DNA of 64,000 nt from Marsupella aquatica (GCA_973895155.1 OZ316899.1:767573-831572); one strand, 5' to 3'; positions 12,687 through 23,704 are shown, counted from the first letter of the stretch. Notes: generated by a model from the letters alone, not told the origin. Made by a program: numbers and translations.

Positions 12687-12889
12687 AGATGTTATCACTC
12701 TGAAATAATTGGGTATCAGCCTTGCTACTTCCTTCCAACTTCAATTGGAAGGCCTCTGCTACCACCTTCTTGTTTAATTGGAACTCCATGTCATAGATAT
12801 AGGTTAGATTTTTATTAGCAACCCAATTGCCTACAAACTCCATTAACTCACGATCGAGTATCTCCTCATCAAGCCATGGTAAGCGCATG
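12687..12889 (-). pseudogene. Fragment of an older, diverged giant-LTR family ORF (host of the flanking insertions)
   Basis: MRLPWLDEEILDRELMEFVGNW...VVAEAFQL is homologous to VRLPWLKPEVPNSDLLEFVGSW...VIAEVFGL. Joins ...KNSGLEG at 17526 once the insertion and TSD are removed (1-bp frameshift). Confidence 0.8.
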
Positions 12890-12985
12890 TGTGATGCCTA
12901 GCCAGGAATCACTAAGCCCGGTTTACATGGTAAAGCAGGAGTGTACCCTGGAAACACCTTAGTATAGGACCAAAAACAAGGAAAA

Positions 12986-12991
12986 TATAAA
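12986..12991 (+). promoter_or_regulatory. Candidate TATA box upstream of the LTR-embedded ORF
   Basis: AAAATATAAA-N-AATTAAGGG is conserved between this copy and the diverged inverted copy, ~280 bp upstream of ATG 13268. Confidence 0.4.
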
Positions 12992-13267
12992 CAATTAAGG
13001 GTGACTATGGAACCCGGGCCGAGGCCGGAAGTAAGGACGCCGGGGGAGAGAACACGATTAGGGTTAGGGCGCGCTAAGCGTCGGTGGCTAGGGGTGACCA
13101 ACGGGAGGGGAGACCAGAGGAGGAGAGGGGTAAGGACCGCTCGCGAGGAATAGTGGCTCATTTGCAAGAACAAACTGGGCAGATGACTACGGGAGGCCAA
13201 ATGCTGTCAGCTGCTTAGACAAGCACTCGGGGTGGGAACAGATACCAACGATCGACTCAAGGAGGGT

Positions 13268-16200
13268 ATGAGCAACGTCAATCAAGCGGCACATTTTTGG
13301 GGATGCCTGTTTGAATGGGCAGGTGAGTACATCAGGACTTACGAGGACGAAGAATTGGAGAGAGTAGCTCGAGAACGGCAGGAGCTCGCTCGGCTCTGGG
13401 AACTGCAGAAGATGGCTTTCTTAGGAGGAGAACTTATCAAGGCCGAGTTCTTGTGGACTCCTACTGCCAATCAGCTCAACGACCTTCTATTTTGCAAAAA
13501 CAAAATCGTCGGCATCCGGGAAGCCATAAATCGCTGCAACAACCTACGCTGGCAGTTGAAGGGTAACACGGAGGGGTGGAAAAAGGCAACCTTGCTAGGA
13601 GAAACATCCACGGCAGCCGAGATGAAGAGGAAAGGAAACAACAATGAAGAGGCCACACCGGCAAAAAGAACGAGGTCGGCGGCACCTAGGAAGCCAGCAG
13701 AGCAGCAGAGCAGGACAAGGGGAGAAGCCGATGAGGAAGAGGTTGATCCCATCAATGCCATTCCAACAAACGATGACACCTGGAAAGGCTGGGCGGCGAC
13801 CCTACCGGAGGAAGTGCAATTACACTTTGCACGGGAGGAGGATGCATGCTTTACGGCCATGCAGACCAAGAAGTACCAAGGCTTCATGGCCGGATCCGGC
13901 TTGGAAGCCTTCGTAAGATTACCATGGCTGAAGCCGGAGGTGCCGAACTCAGACTTATTAGAATTTGTGGGATCATGGGAACCCGAGACCAATTCCACGA
14001 GGGTGTATGGGAAGGATTTCTATCTCACTCCCCGAGTGATTGCTGAGGTGTTTGGCTTGCCGATGGGTAATAAGACCAAGGTTGATACCAGGAAGACCTT
14101 ACCTGACAAGGAGTTCCGGTTGTTCCCAGGACCATCAACAAAGAATGGCTTCTTCCAGAATATCTGCACCAACCTGCACATCGGAGAGATGATCAATTTC
14201 TTGCAAGTGACCATGCACTGTAACTTGCCGACGGCAGAGATCGGCAAGGCTCAGGTCTACCTGGCAGAAAGGCTAGACCCAAGCCGGGATTACAACGGGT
14301 ACCTCCTCAACCAACTGAAGAAGATCTTGAAGGAGGAATAGCAAGTGATCGGCGTGGGAAGCGTGTCCCGACTTGGCTATCACATGCCGCTGTTGTGCCG
14401 GTATGCCAGAAGTCAAATCTTTGCCCCAGTACTTCCCCTATCGGCAAGGGCACCGGAGGAGGTCCCAGAGCAGAGGCCGGCACCAGAGAAGCCCAACCAG
14501 CCCGACAGTCCAACGATCAAGCAGGTGTTTAGGCCAAGGAAAGAAGACTTGCCGATGCAGCAACCAGGCATGCAAAATCTGTTGAAATTGCTGGAGAAGG
14601 AAAAGAGAATGGTTCCGGCAACGGCAACGGACGCTGCCCCAGAAGTCGACCTAAGCCGACTCAAAAGGGAAGACTCCTTTACCTGAACCAAGGAGAGATT
14701 GAGGCCGGAACACAAGCCGGGAGTGCGAATGTACGTGGGAGCCTCAAGCCCCAAATCAGAGGCAGAGGAGCCAGGAGTCCAAGTAGTGGAGGAGGCGGTG
14801 GAGGACTACAGCAATGATAACTTCGGCTATGGGTCGGATCATCATGTTCCAGGAGTAAGGACCTGTGGCCGATTTATCCCCACACTTCCAAGAGTAGTTC
14901 GAGGGGACCCCACCCAGCAGAGTAACCCCGAGTCTCCCCCACCAGAGGTTGCTCCCCCGAGCTTTGACGGCATAAAGCAGACGGCACAAGAATTTCAGGA
15001 GCGACTTAGGGAGGAAGAGAGAGCAGCCCTGGCTAGGGAGAAGGATTTACCAGGAGGAGATTGGCCGGAGGACATCAGGCGGCTTGCCAAAAAAAGAAGC
15101 AACCCTCTTGCCACCGTAGAAGAAATCCGCAAGACGGCTTGGGAGCAGAGGCCGCGGTGGTTGATGCCGATGACTTCTAGTTACTCCACCTATGCTAAGG
15201 ATAGAGCCATGGAGTACGGGGAGATGTGTGGGGACCTGGCGCTCAGCATCTTTGGGGAGGAGTTGGAGCAGGGACCCTTTTTCCAGAGGGAGATGTTGGA
15301 AAAGCACCGATTAGAAGAAGCGATGGCTTTGGAGAGAAGCAAGAAGGACGAGGTCATCCGACGGCTTAGAGAGAAGGAAGCCAAGGTGGAAGACCTGCAG
15401 GTGGCCAAGGAAGCCCAAGATGAGTTGTGGATTAAGCGGCATGAGCTAAACATCATGCAGGGGCAGTTGGATACCGCTCAGTCTGACAATCAGATTATCA
15501 AAGATAAACTGACTCGGACCCAAGGAGAGTTGGCCGGCGCAGTCAAGGAGAGAGAGAAATGGAAGCGGGAGCTAAGGGATGCAGAGGAAGCCCACTTAGC
15601 AACCAACAATTGAGCCATGGCGGAGACTCAAAGAAGGGAGAGGGCGTTGAAAGGAGAGCTCAAAGATATCCGCGGAGCCCTTGAGCAGAAGGAAGCAGAG
15701 TTAGGGAAATCCTATCAAGGGATTATTGCGTTGAGCAGGAGCTTGCGTCCCTGACGGCCAGCTTCAAGGCCAACTTGCATGAAAAGGACGACCAGCTCGA
15801 CCGGACTTATGCCAAGATGAATAAGATGGAGTCTGTGGTCGTCGCAGAGCTCGACAAGGAGCTAAGAGCAACCCAGGAGGAGAGGGCTACCTTGAAAAAA
15901 GAATTGGAGGAAGCCAATAAGGACCTGGAGGAGGCGCGCAAGGACTTGGACGAGACCCAGGAGGACTTGGAGGAAATCACAAGGAAGATGGAGAACCTAC
16001 AGCGGCGGGCCGACAACCAAACAGAGCGGCTGAAGACCCAAGCCGCAGTATTTAAATGCTGGCTTCATCAGGTCCAACTCCAATTGGGGGAACCCAGTTA
16101 CCAGGGGTAGTATTGGCCGAAGGACAAGCTGTAACACTCACCCCGGTGCCGGAGGTAAGTGGCAAGGGGAAGGAACCGGCTGTCGAAATAGGGAAGAAGA

Positions 16201-16580
16201 AGAAGCGGAAACCTTCTAGGTCTGGGAGTTATACGGCTTCTCAAGCCGTTGTGACCGAGAAGATAACCCCAGCACCAACCTCCGGCATCGGCACGGCGGT
16301 GGATCCACCAGTCCTAGGAAGTGGAGATGGCAAGGCCGAGGCCGGGAGAACCAGTAATGTTGCCGAGGTACCGGATCCTCCACTAGAACATACCGGGGAG
16401 GCCGTAGCCGTAGCAGAGGCCGTGACCGATGCTGAGACCGAGGCCGATGGTGGACCCAGTCAGGCCGATGAAGAGTTGACTTGGTCAGGGGCAGGTAATC
16501 TATCAGAGGACGGACCAACGACAGTGGCTGCGGAGGAAGCGTTGGGGGCGTCCATTGAGGACCAGCCACCGGTGTCGTGA
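13268..16580 (+). pseudogene. ~1,100-codon accessory protein: N-terminal helical domain, basic NLS-like segment, Athila-ORF1/Transposase_32/PMD-like domain, long coiled coil, acidic tail
   Basis: ORFs 13232-14341, 14345-14686 and 14699-15613 are in one frame, separated by single stops that are sense codons in sister copies. Two 1-bp deletions (~15735, ~16060) shift to 15775-16110 and 16056-16580. The domain family assignment is by motif resemblance only. Confidence 0.75.
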
Positions 16581-16839
16581 CGGTGTAAGGGCGCCGTCCC
16601 TTTTAGGGAGGGCGGGCGTGGAGGTAGGAGGCGTGAGTGGGCAGGGCGGGCGCTGATCTCCAAGTTTAGACTTAGGATCAGGATCAGGAGACGGCCCTGA
16701 CACTTAGATTAGTGGGATTTTGGATCCACGGGTGTGGACGACACTTGTGCTCCTGCCTCGCTGTACTTAGGTAGATTACAGTTAGGTAGATTATAGTAGA
16801 TAGATTAGGCTTACGCTGCAAGGAATCAGGCGGATCCAC

Positions 16840-16864
16840 AACCCTAAACCCTAAACCCTAAACC
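16840..16864. repeat. Short interstitial telomeric repeat (CCCTAAA)3 inserted in one copy
   Basis: ATCCAC[AACCCTAAACCCTAAACCCTAAA]CCAGGATA versus ATCCAC[TG]CCAGGATA at 9571-9586. Confidence 0.9.
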
Positions 16865-17525
16865 AGGATAAGTACCTGGGCTGCGGGGAGTTCAGGGCCT
16901 CTTCTTTAGCAAGTTTCTAGTTGCACCAGCAGGGCTGGGATCAAGTAGTAAGAGAAGCTCTCGGTTAGTTATACAGTGACCCTTGTGTATATTCATGTTT
17001 CCTCATACTTAAGAACTGAATAGAGTTGGCCTCACGGCCTAGTTCGCAGAGCTTGTGTATGAGATGTACTGTTTGTATGGCAAGTGCATGGTATAACTCA
17101 GTCAGAAGGAGTCATTTTGCTATTTGTGTGTCGCATTAACTTGTGTGAAGAGTGCCCACATCAACTAATAGAGGAATAGAAGTAAGCAGGGGAGTGAGAG
17201 TTGGATGTGTCGAGCTGAGAGAGGTCTTAGCGGCTTAACCAAGCCAATTGGGGATCATTCTGGCGGCGGAATCCAAACATACCTAATGGAAGACCAGGAG
17301 AGGAATACAAGGGAGGGACTAGAATAGGCCGACTAAGTATCTCATGACCCGATGAAGGATCTATCCAGTATATGTGTGTAAAATGTTAATAGAAGTAGTT
17401 GAAGGAGAGTTAGCAACGTCCCATGCCGCTAAACTGCGAAAACGGCCTCGCCAAGGACGAAACCTGCGGGAATCGACTTGAGCAAGGGGGTTTCTTGGGT
17501 TTGGGGAGGCAGGGGACGCACCACA

Positions 17526-20137
17526 GCATGAACCCTCCAATCCTGAGTTTTTCATAAGACCTGAAAACTTATATGACTGGATGGTTGTAATAGCCTCCAC
17601 ATTCTCTATGGGTCTTACCAGCTTCAATCTAGCCACTACTGGTACAATATCCATCCACCCCTTCCAGTTCCAATACTTGGGTGGTGACGTGATTGGAATT
17701 GCCTCGTAATTGGCATCATCATCTATTGCCTCTTGGTTTGATCCATGTCCCGAACCAACCTTTGTCACTCTCATCTCTCTCCCATGTCCACGACCTCCTG
17801 GATTGGTGTTTCTTCCTTTTTTTGTTGGTGGCTCTGCATTAGTTACGCCATTTACTACCCGTTTCTTGACTTTGGCATCCTTCAGAGCTGCCTTTCCTGC
17901 CATCTCTACCTAGGCTGCAATTTGCTTCTCAGGTCTCCAAGAGTCCTCTCCCCCTAAGATCTTCTCTGGCGCCCACTCTTCCGTAGTCCCAGGTAAATTC
18001 CAATGCTCTAATGAAGTCGCGGAACTTGACTACCTTAACACTTAGCTCCGGCGTTGCTGACTCTGACGCCGAGCTCTTATGGTCCAGGCCCAAATAGGCC
18101 ATCTGGGGAGGACTTAGCATGGGGAGACTAGTGGGCACTGAGACGTGGCACTAGCAAAGGCAAGGAGCCAAGCTGGTGACACACACTAAAGACTTAGGCA
18201 AGTTGAGAGCTTTTCGGGTCAAGGGGAAAGGGGCTGGACTCAAGGTTGACCGTCCGGGCCCCTGGACGGACTTTGAGTTCTGAGGGCTTAAGTGTGAGCT
18301 CCTCTTGGGCCCAAGGCCAATGGAGTTGACGCCATGGGCAACGGACGCTTGGGGCGTGAGTTAGGGCCCGATCTGGGTTTGGCCGATCGGGGACCCCGAG
18401 CGGTGATGAGACCTGAGGTCCTAGGCATGAGCACTGGGTCGGCCCAATCACAATGGGCTAAGGCACTCCGCTTGCGGATGCTTAACGAGAAAGTTATGGG
18501 CATTGTCAGTTGGTGGCACGCGCGATAGGATCCGGGTTGGAGGCCAAATATTTAGGGACCAAAGTTGGTCCGGGGGTGGCAGGTCTCCAGAAGCATATAT
18601 GAGGGGAGTGGTGTCTCCCTTGGGGCCAAGGGCGAGCCGAAGTCGTGAGCCGCGGTGGTCGCGACATTAAGGGAAACCTCCAAACGGAAACGACGATATC
18701 TTCCCAACATGAAGTCCGTTGGAGGACTTCTTGGGTGCATTAGAAAGCTCTTGAGGAGGGCTACGTCCTCCTGATCTTAGCTGGGTCTAGGGGTGCCATG
18801 GGTTCTTGAGGTTTGCGGGTGTTAGCTCACCCGCTTGCCAAATCCTGCCGAACAGCAACCAAGCAGCGTTCAGTATCCCAAGGGAGCTTGCGTTGGGGAG
18901 GCAAGGCCAAGTAGGCGTGGAGGTTGAGTTCCAAGGGTGATCGGCCTCTAGACCATCAGTGGGGCGAGAACCGGGAGTTGGTTGCTAAAGTCGGGGCCGT
19001 TCTGGTCCGGGCGTGTTTGGAACAAGCTTTAGGACAAGCTACGCTATTTGGGCCATGAGCATGTCCTGGGGTCAGGGCGGTCAATTGGTGATGGATAGGT
19101 ATGAGGGGGAACCCGGGCCGCACCCAAGGAAGGGACTGTTCTGGATGAACAGTAGGTGTGGGTTCTGGTTCCGGCTTATGGCATCGGGAGGACCTATCGC
19201 TGACCTATTTACCAACGTCTGTTGAGCTTGAGTTAGGATGCTAGACTTGGCGAGTTCTAGATCCTGAAGGGTTACTTACCAAGGTGCTTGGTTGCTTGTG
19301 CAGATGGTGAGGACCGTTGAGTAGCGGTCGTGTTGGAGGGCAAGTGCGGCTTTGTATGGGAGGGGCCGCTGGTAGTGCAAGGGGCACTAGGTTGCTTGCT
19401 CAAGGTATTCCGTGGAGGCGTTTGGGCACCAGGGGCACTTAGGCATGAGTGCTGGGATTGGTGAGGGCGTTGGGTGGCAAGGTCCATCACTATTGAGCAC
19501 CAATAGACTACCTGTCGAATGGACCGTAGATTCCCATCCTCGAAACAAAGAGCGTTCAAATCCTCCACATTGGATTCCCACTTGAATTTTGCATCAATGT
19601 AATCTCCAATGATAAACACAATTGACGCTGCATCCCACAATTGTGCAATGTCTACCCGTTCTCGCTCAGCTCTCTCAGGATCAGTTTCCTCATATGTCTT
19701 TACTAGCTTACGTGCATAGTTGAGCAATGTTTGCCATAAATGCCTGGCCTGATTAACCTTAGCCGTCGATACTTAGATGAAGAAATGATAGACTAAACTC
19801 TAAACCCTACTGATGACAATCTGGAGAGCTCGCCCGACAAGTAATATTCTAGGGTGTGAAGAGAAGAATGAACAGTGTCTTTCCAATCTTCCCTCCTTAC
19901 CCCCTGCCGTAGATGAGAGAACAGTACATATAGTCCTGGGAATATTGTCGTTGTACTCTTGTATATACTCCATAGTAGCCGTTCATATCAGCAATTAGCA
20001 AGCTCCTTACTCTAAGCCTTATTCTAAACTAGTTTCTATACTATTTGTTTTAAAAACACATAACCTATGCTAATACTGTACACAAGCTGGGTTTTTACCC
20101 ACTGATTTTATACACTGATCCCAATAAGGGCATCACA
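17526..20137 (-). mobile_element. Oldest, most diverged giant-LTR family copy (5' part; host), interrupted at 18012-19489
   Basis: 5' terminus TGTGATGCC at 20137. Peptides VNQARHLWQTLLNYARKLVKTYEE..., HWNLPGTTEEW...ILG and WKGWMDIVP...KFSGLMKNSGLEG align to the 13268 ORF. Confidence 0.75.
18012..19489 (-). mobile_element. Probable 1,478-bp solo LTR
   Basis: TG...CA ends (TGATG...CTTCA on the minus strand), 4-bp TSD CTAA/CTAT. Removing it restores the in-frame host peptide CSIEHWNLPG. GC-rich, no recognisable domain. Confidence 0.55.
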
Positions 20138-21169
20138 AATCTCTTCAAAAAATTTCTACATACTATATGGAGAAATTAGGCTAACAATATACAAATGATT
20201 AGGGAATATTGTACTATAGTTAAATGAAGATTGTAGCAACTTACTTAGAAGTTGAATGAACAAAGTTGTCAAAAAGCTGGATAGCAAATTGGATTTTCCA
20301 TAAATTATTTACAATTTTGTTCAATCTTTGTGTAGACATAGGTCCATACTAACACTATATACACATCCTTGACACCAAAGTGCTAGAGAGTGTGCTTTGG
20401 CCTTTTGGGTTTGTTTATCTCTATGCCCACAATTGATCTTTGTGCTATGGTGGTCGTTCAAATATATTGGGTGCATTCTCACTCTTGTTTAAAGATCACA
20501 TGTACAAAACACCATGCATAGAAACTAGAGTTAGTTGCTATTGTAACTAGAAGTCTTGGAAGGTATATATCATTTGGGGTCCATAAAAGAGCCCTTTCTA
20601 GGTTCTGGAGATTTGATAATGACAACATACTCCTCACTGGTATATGACCTCAATTTTCAATTTATTTGCACATGTTTTGTTTTCATTGGTAAGGAAAACA
20701 ACATCCTTTTAGGCCAAAGATTAGGGTGGGCTTGGTGATATGGGCACTAGGTAAGACTGCACTGAAGCTAGTGGGTGATGACCAGTGATCAAGCTAGAGG
20801 CCAGATTGAAGATAGTCAAGCTCAAGCTGAGTAGCCACCCACAAAGAAGCTAATTATACTGAAGATCAAGCTTAAGGTGATAGGAGACCTAAGCTAAAAA
20901 ATAAGCCCCCGTATCTAATGGCAAATTATATTGTGCATTTGGGAAAATAATGCTAAAGTAGCAACTTAGGCAGATCACTGCACACGGTTGAGCATATTGG
21001 GTTCTCACATCATTGCTTGTTGTCATTATTCTATGTTGTTTATGACATACATTTATTATTATTATTACATTATTCCCCACACTGCATACCTACCTGATAT
21101 TGGAAGTACATGATGAATTAGGATACTCCAGTCAGCTGGAATTTTATCTTTTTGCCCTATCCTAACAGT

Positions 21170-21910
21170 ACACACCATGAAGTGAGTCCACCTAAGTTCA
21201 AGCTTTGAGGTGCATGATTACACAGTTCCAAGATTCCAATAAGGAGTGTCAAAGCACAGTCAAATGTAACTCAGTTATTGCTCACAGCATAAAACACCAT
21301 TACAGCCAGGACAAAATCACTAATTATGGGCCACCAAAATATGAATCCCATAAGGGTGATACGTCCAAAGAAATAAATCTGTAACACTTTGACACACCCT
21401 ATTCATCCTTTTGGATTGTTGTACACCAAAGGTGCACTAACAAAACCAGAAAGGGCATAGCCATAAGGACCCCACATACTCTACCCCAGAGGTGTACTGA
21501 AAGATTTGGAAAGGGCAAAAATTCATTTTGCCTAGGCCTTTGTATGACATTCCGGAGGCAACAGGGTTTAGGGAGGGGTTTCCTAACTAAGGAATGTCAA
21601 TTACGTGCATCCTGTCGGCTGAGATTTTAGCATTTTGTCATATCCCAATCCAACACACCATGAAATTAGCCCACCTGAGTTCAAGCTCAGAGGTGTGCAA
21701 GATTACACAATCTGTTCCAATATTTGGCTCCTGCTCTACACCAAAGGCACATTGAAAGCGGGACTGAAAGAATGGGAAAGGGCGCTCCTCGTGTGGCTCC
21801 CACTCCATGTCGGAAAGGGAAATGTCATACAAAGGTGTACTGAAAGAAAGAGAACGGGCAAAAAAATTATTTTCCCTTGGCTTGTTTATGGCATTCCGGA
21901 CACAGTGGGT
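21170..21910. repeat. Diverged tandem duplication, ~480-bp period
   Basis: CACACCATGAA...GTTCAAGCT...GATTACACA and AGGTGTACTGAAAG...GGGCAAAAA...CATTCCGGA each occur twice (~21170/21654 and ~21490/21833). Confidence 0.6.
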
Positions 21911-22719
21911 GGGTCTCCTCAAGAATGTAACTACCTGGGGGCTGGTGCAAGTGGAAAGAGCGTCGGTGGCAGATTAAGAGCTTGGAAGCCGCATTCATGA
22001 GGACACAAAAGCAGGTTTAATTTGGCCTTCAGTTGCTTCCTATTGGCTATGACCAATTCAAGCATGGGAGCCTTGGGGACACGTGTACTTAGTGCCCACT
22101 TCATTTTGGGGCCGTTCATAGGAATCCATATTATTATCCTTTTGAGAAAATCTTTGGTGATGGCTTGGATTATCAAAACAATGAGCGTGAATATTATGCT
22201 GCAGTTAAACATAATTGTAGCAAATCACACCAAATATAGTACCGTACATGTCTATGTGCCTCTAGATCTAGTTCCCCTACAATTCTTTCTAGTTGAACCA
22301 AGGTTGACAAGTAGGGACAGTGGGTTCCTGGGTGCATAGACTTTGTGAATCTTCCTGGGGAAGTGGTGGATTTCATTCACGCCTATCACCAGAGCAACCG
22401 GATATCTGGACTCAAATGCATTTAATCATTTTTAGTGATGAATGTTAATTACTTGGTGTTATTGACACTATTGTAATGGGCTCGTAGACTGTTGTAAGAA
22501 CCTGGGGAGCACGACCATTCTCATTGTTACCATAGTCTAGCATGACATTTGTCTACATATCAAACTGATATCAAACCAAGATAGTGTGCCAACAGAGGTT
22601 TGGTGTACATACTAGACTAGTGGTAAGAAGGGATAGTGATGTCTTCCAAGCCTATGGCCATGCCAACATTCTATTTTATCCCACCACTTGTGGTGACAGT
22701 ATTGCGTCAAGCGCAACAT

Positions 22720-22970
22720 TTGGAATATCTTTAGCACAGTGGGCTTGTAGACTTTGTTTTGGGAGTTTGTTGGGAAACTAAGAGTCATTCTAAGTCTGAC
22801 ATGATAGATTTCATCCAGAACTTTGGCAGCAAACAATGTGAAACATGGGTTTGCGAGGGAAGAATAGACTTGAGTTTGGATTTGATCAAGAAGACATTCA
22901 AGTTGCAAGGGGAGGCATTTGAGCAAAAGGTAGTTCAATATAATCCAAGGTCATTTGCAGGGATTAAAAG
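22720..22970 (+). pseudogene. Fragment of another Athila-ORF1/PMD-like accessory domain
   Basis: SGLVDFVLGVCWETK...DMIDFIQNF...IDLSLDLIKKTFKLQGE aligns with SGLEAFVRLPW...DLLEFVGSW...LTPRVIAEVFGLPMG. Cut by the LTR at 22971. Confidence 0.55.
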
Positions 22971-23530
22971 TGTCATGAGGACACACATCCATACACAACT
23001 CACATTGCGGCACACCATGTCAACAAGAAAACCAAAATCACACGACACACAACACATGTACGCCAAAATCCATAACAATCTCTTGCAAAACGGGACCCCA
23101 CTGCAAGGTATCACTAAGTCAAGCCAAACTCACCCGCTAGCCATGCAAGACTCCAAGTCTATACACATAGCAGAACCCTGCCAATGTCGCTCTCCATGCC
23201 AACCGACATACACTCTCTCTCTCTCACCATAGTCACACTCACATGAGCTCTACTAGTGCCGGGAGGCTCAACTTGGAAGAATGAGGAGCTAATCCCTCAT
23301 TCTCCAAGGTATACCCCCATGTCACAAAGGCATGGTAACCTGGGTGAAGAGGTCACCCTCCCAAACTCACAACACATGTGCAACCAACAAAGTTGCAACT
23401 CAAATGCAACATGGGGTGACAGCTGTCGGGCGGACACACATCCATACACAACTCACATTGAGGCACACCATGTAAACAAGAAAACCAAAATCACACGACA
23501 CACAACACATGTACACCAAAATCCATAACC
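22971..23530 (-). repeat. 3' LTR (~560 bp) of the PHD-bearing gypsy element
   Basis: Follows PPT AGGGGGGCG (23531-23539, minus). Ends ...TCATGACA. Contains a ~95-bp direct repeat at both ends (22981-23075, 23435-23529). Confidence 0.65.
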
Positions 23531-23704
23531 GCCCCCCTAGTTGGTGGTTAGGTCCCACTAACTATAGCTAGCCCAAAAACTAAAAGGAAGTATACACCTT
23601 TAGGGTGCACAGATCAAGAGGTCGGGTGCAAAGGAGCCCCATCATTAATCGTCTACCTGCAATCTATACTACCTAATGAGTTTTATGCTAATCAAAGCCA
23701 CTCT

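Larger units (their letters stand above)
12890..17525 (+). mobile_element. 4,636-bp TG...CA element, most likely a giant solo LTR that contains a large accessory gene
   Basis: Termini TGTGATGC...GCACCACA (7/8 inverted match). Perfect 5-bp TSD GCATG (12885-12889, 17526-17530). Interrupts a contiguous host ORF. No gag, RT, integrase or transposase inside. Confidence 0.85.

Noticed and set aside
14339-14347. TAG-CAA in the giant-LTR ORF as a readthrough signal
   Set aside because: Following codon GTG breaks CARYYA, and the inverted copy has a Gln codon here.
16601-17525. A ~0.9-kb LTR as the present-day element boundary
   Set aside because: The TSD and shared TGTGATGC termini define the 4,636-bp unit; the purine tract is kept only as a relic-PPT hypothesis.
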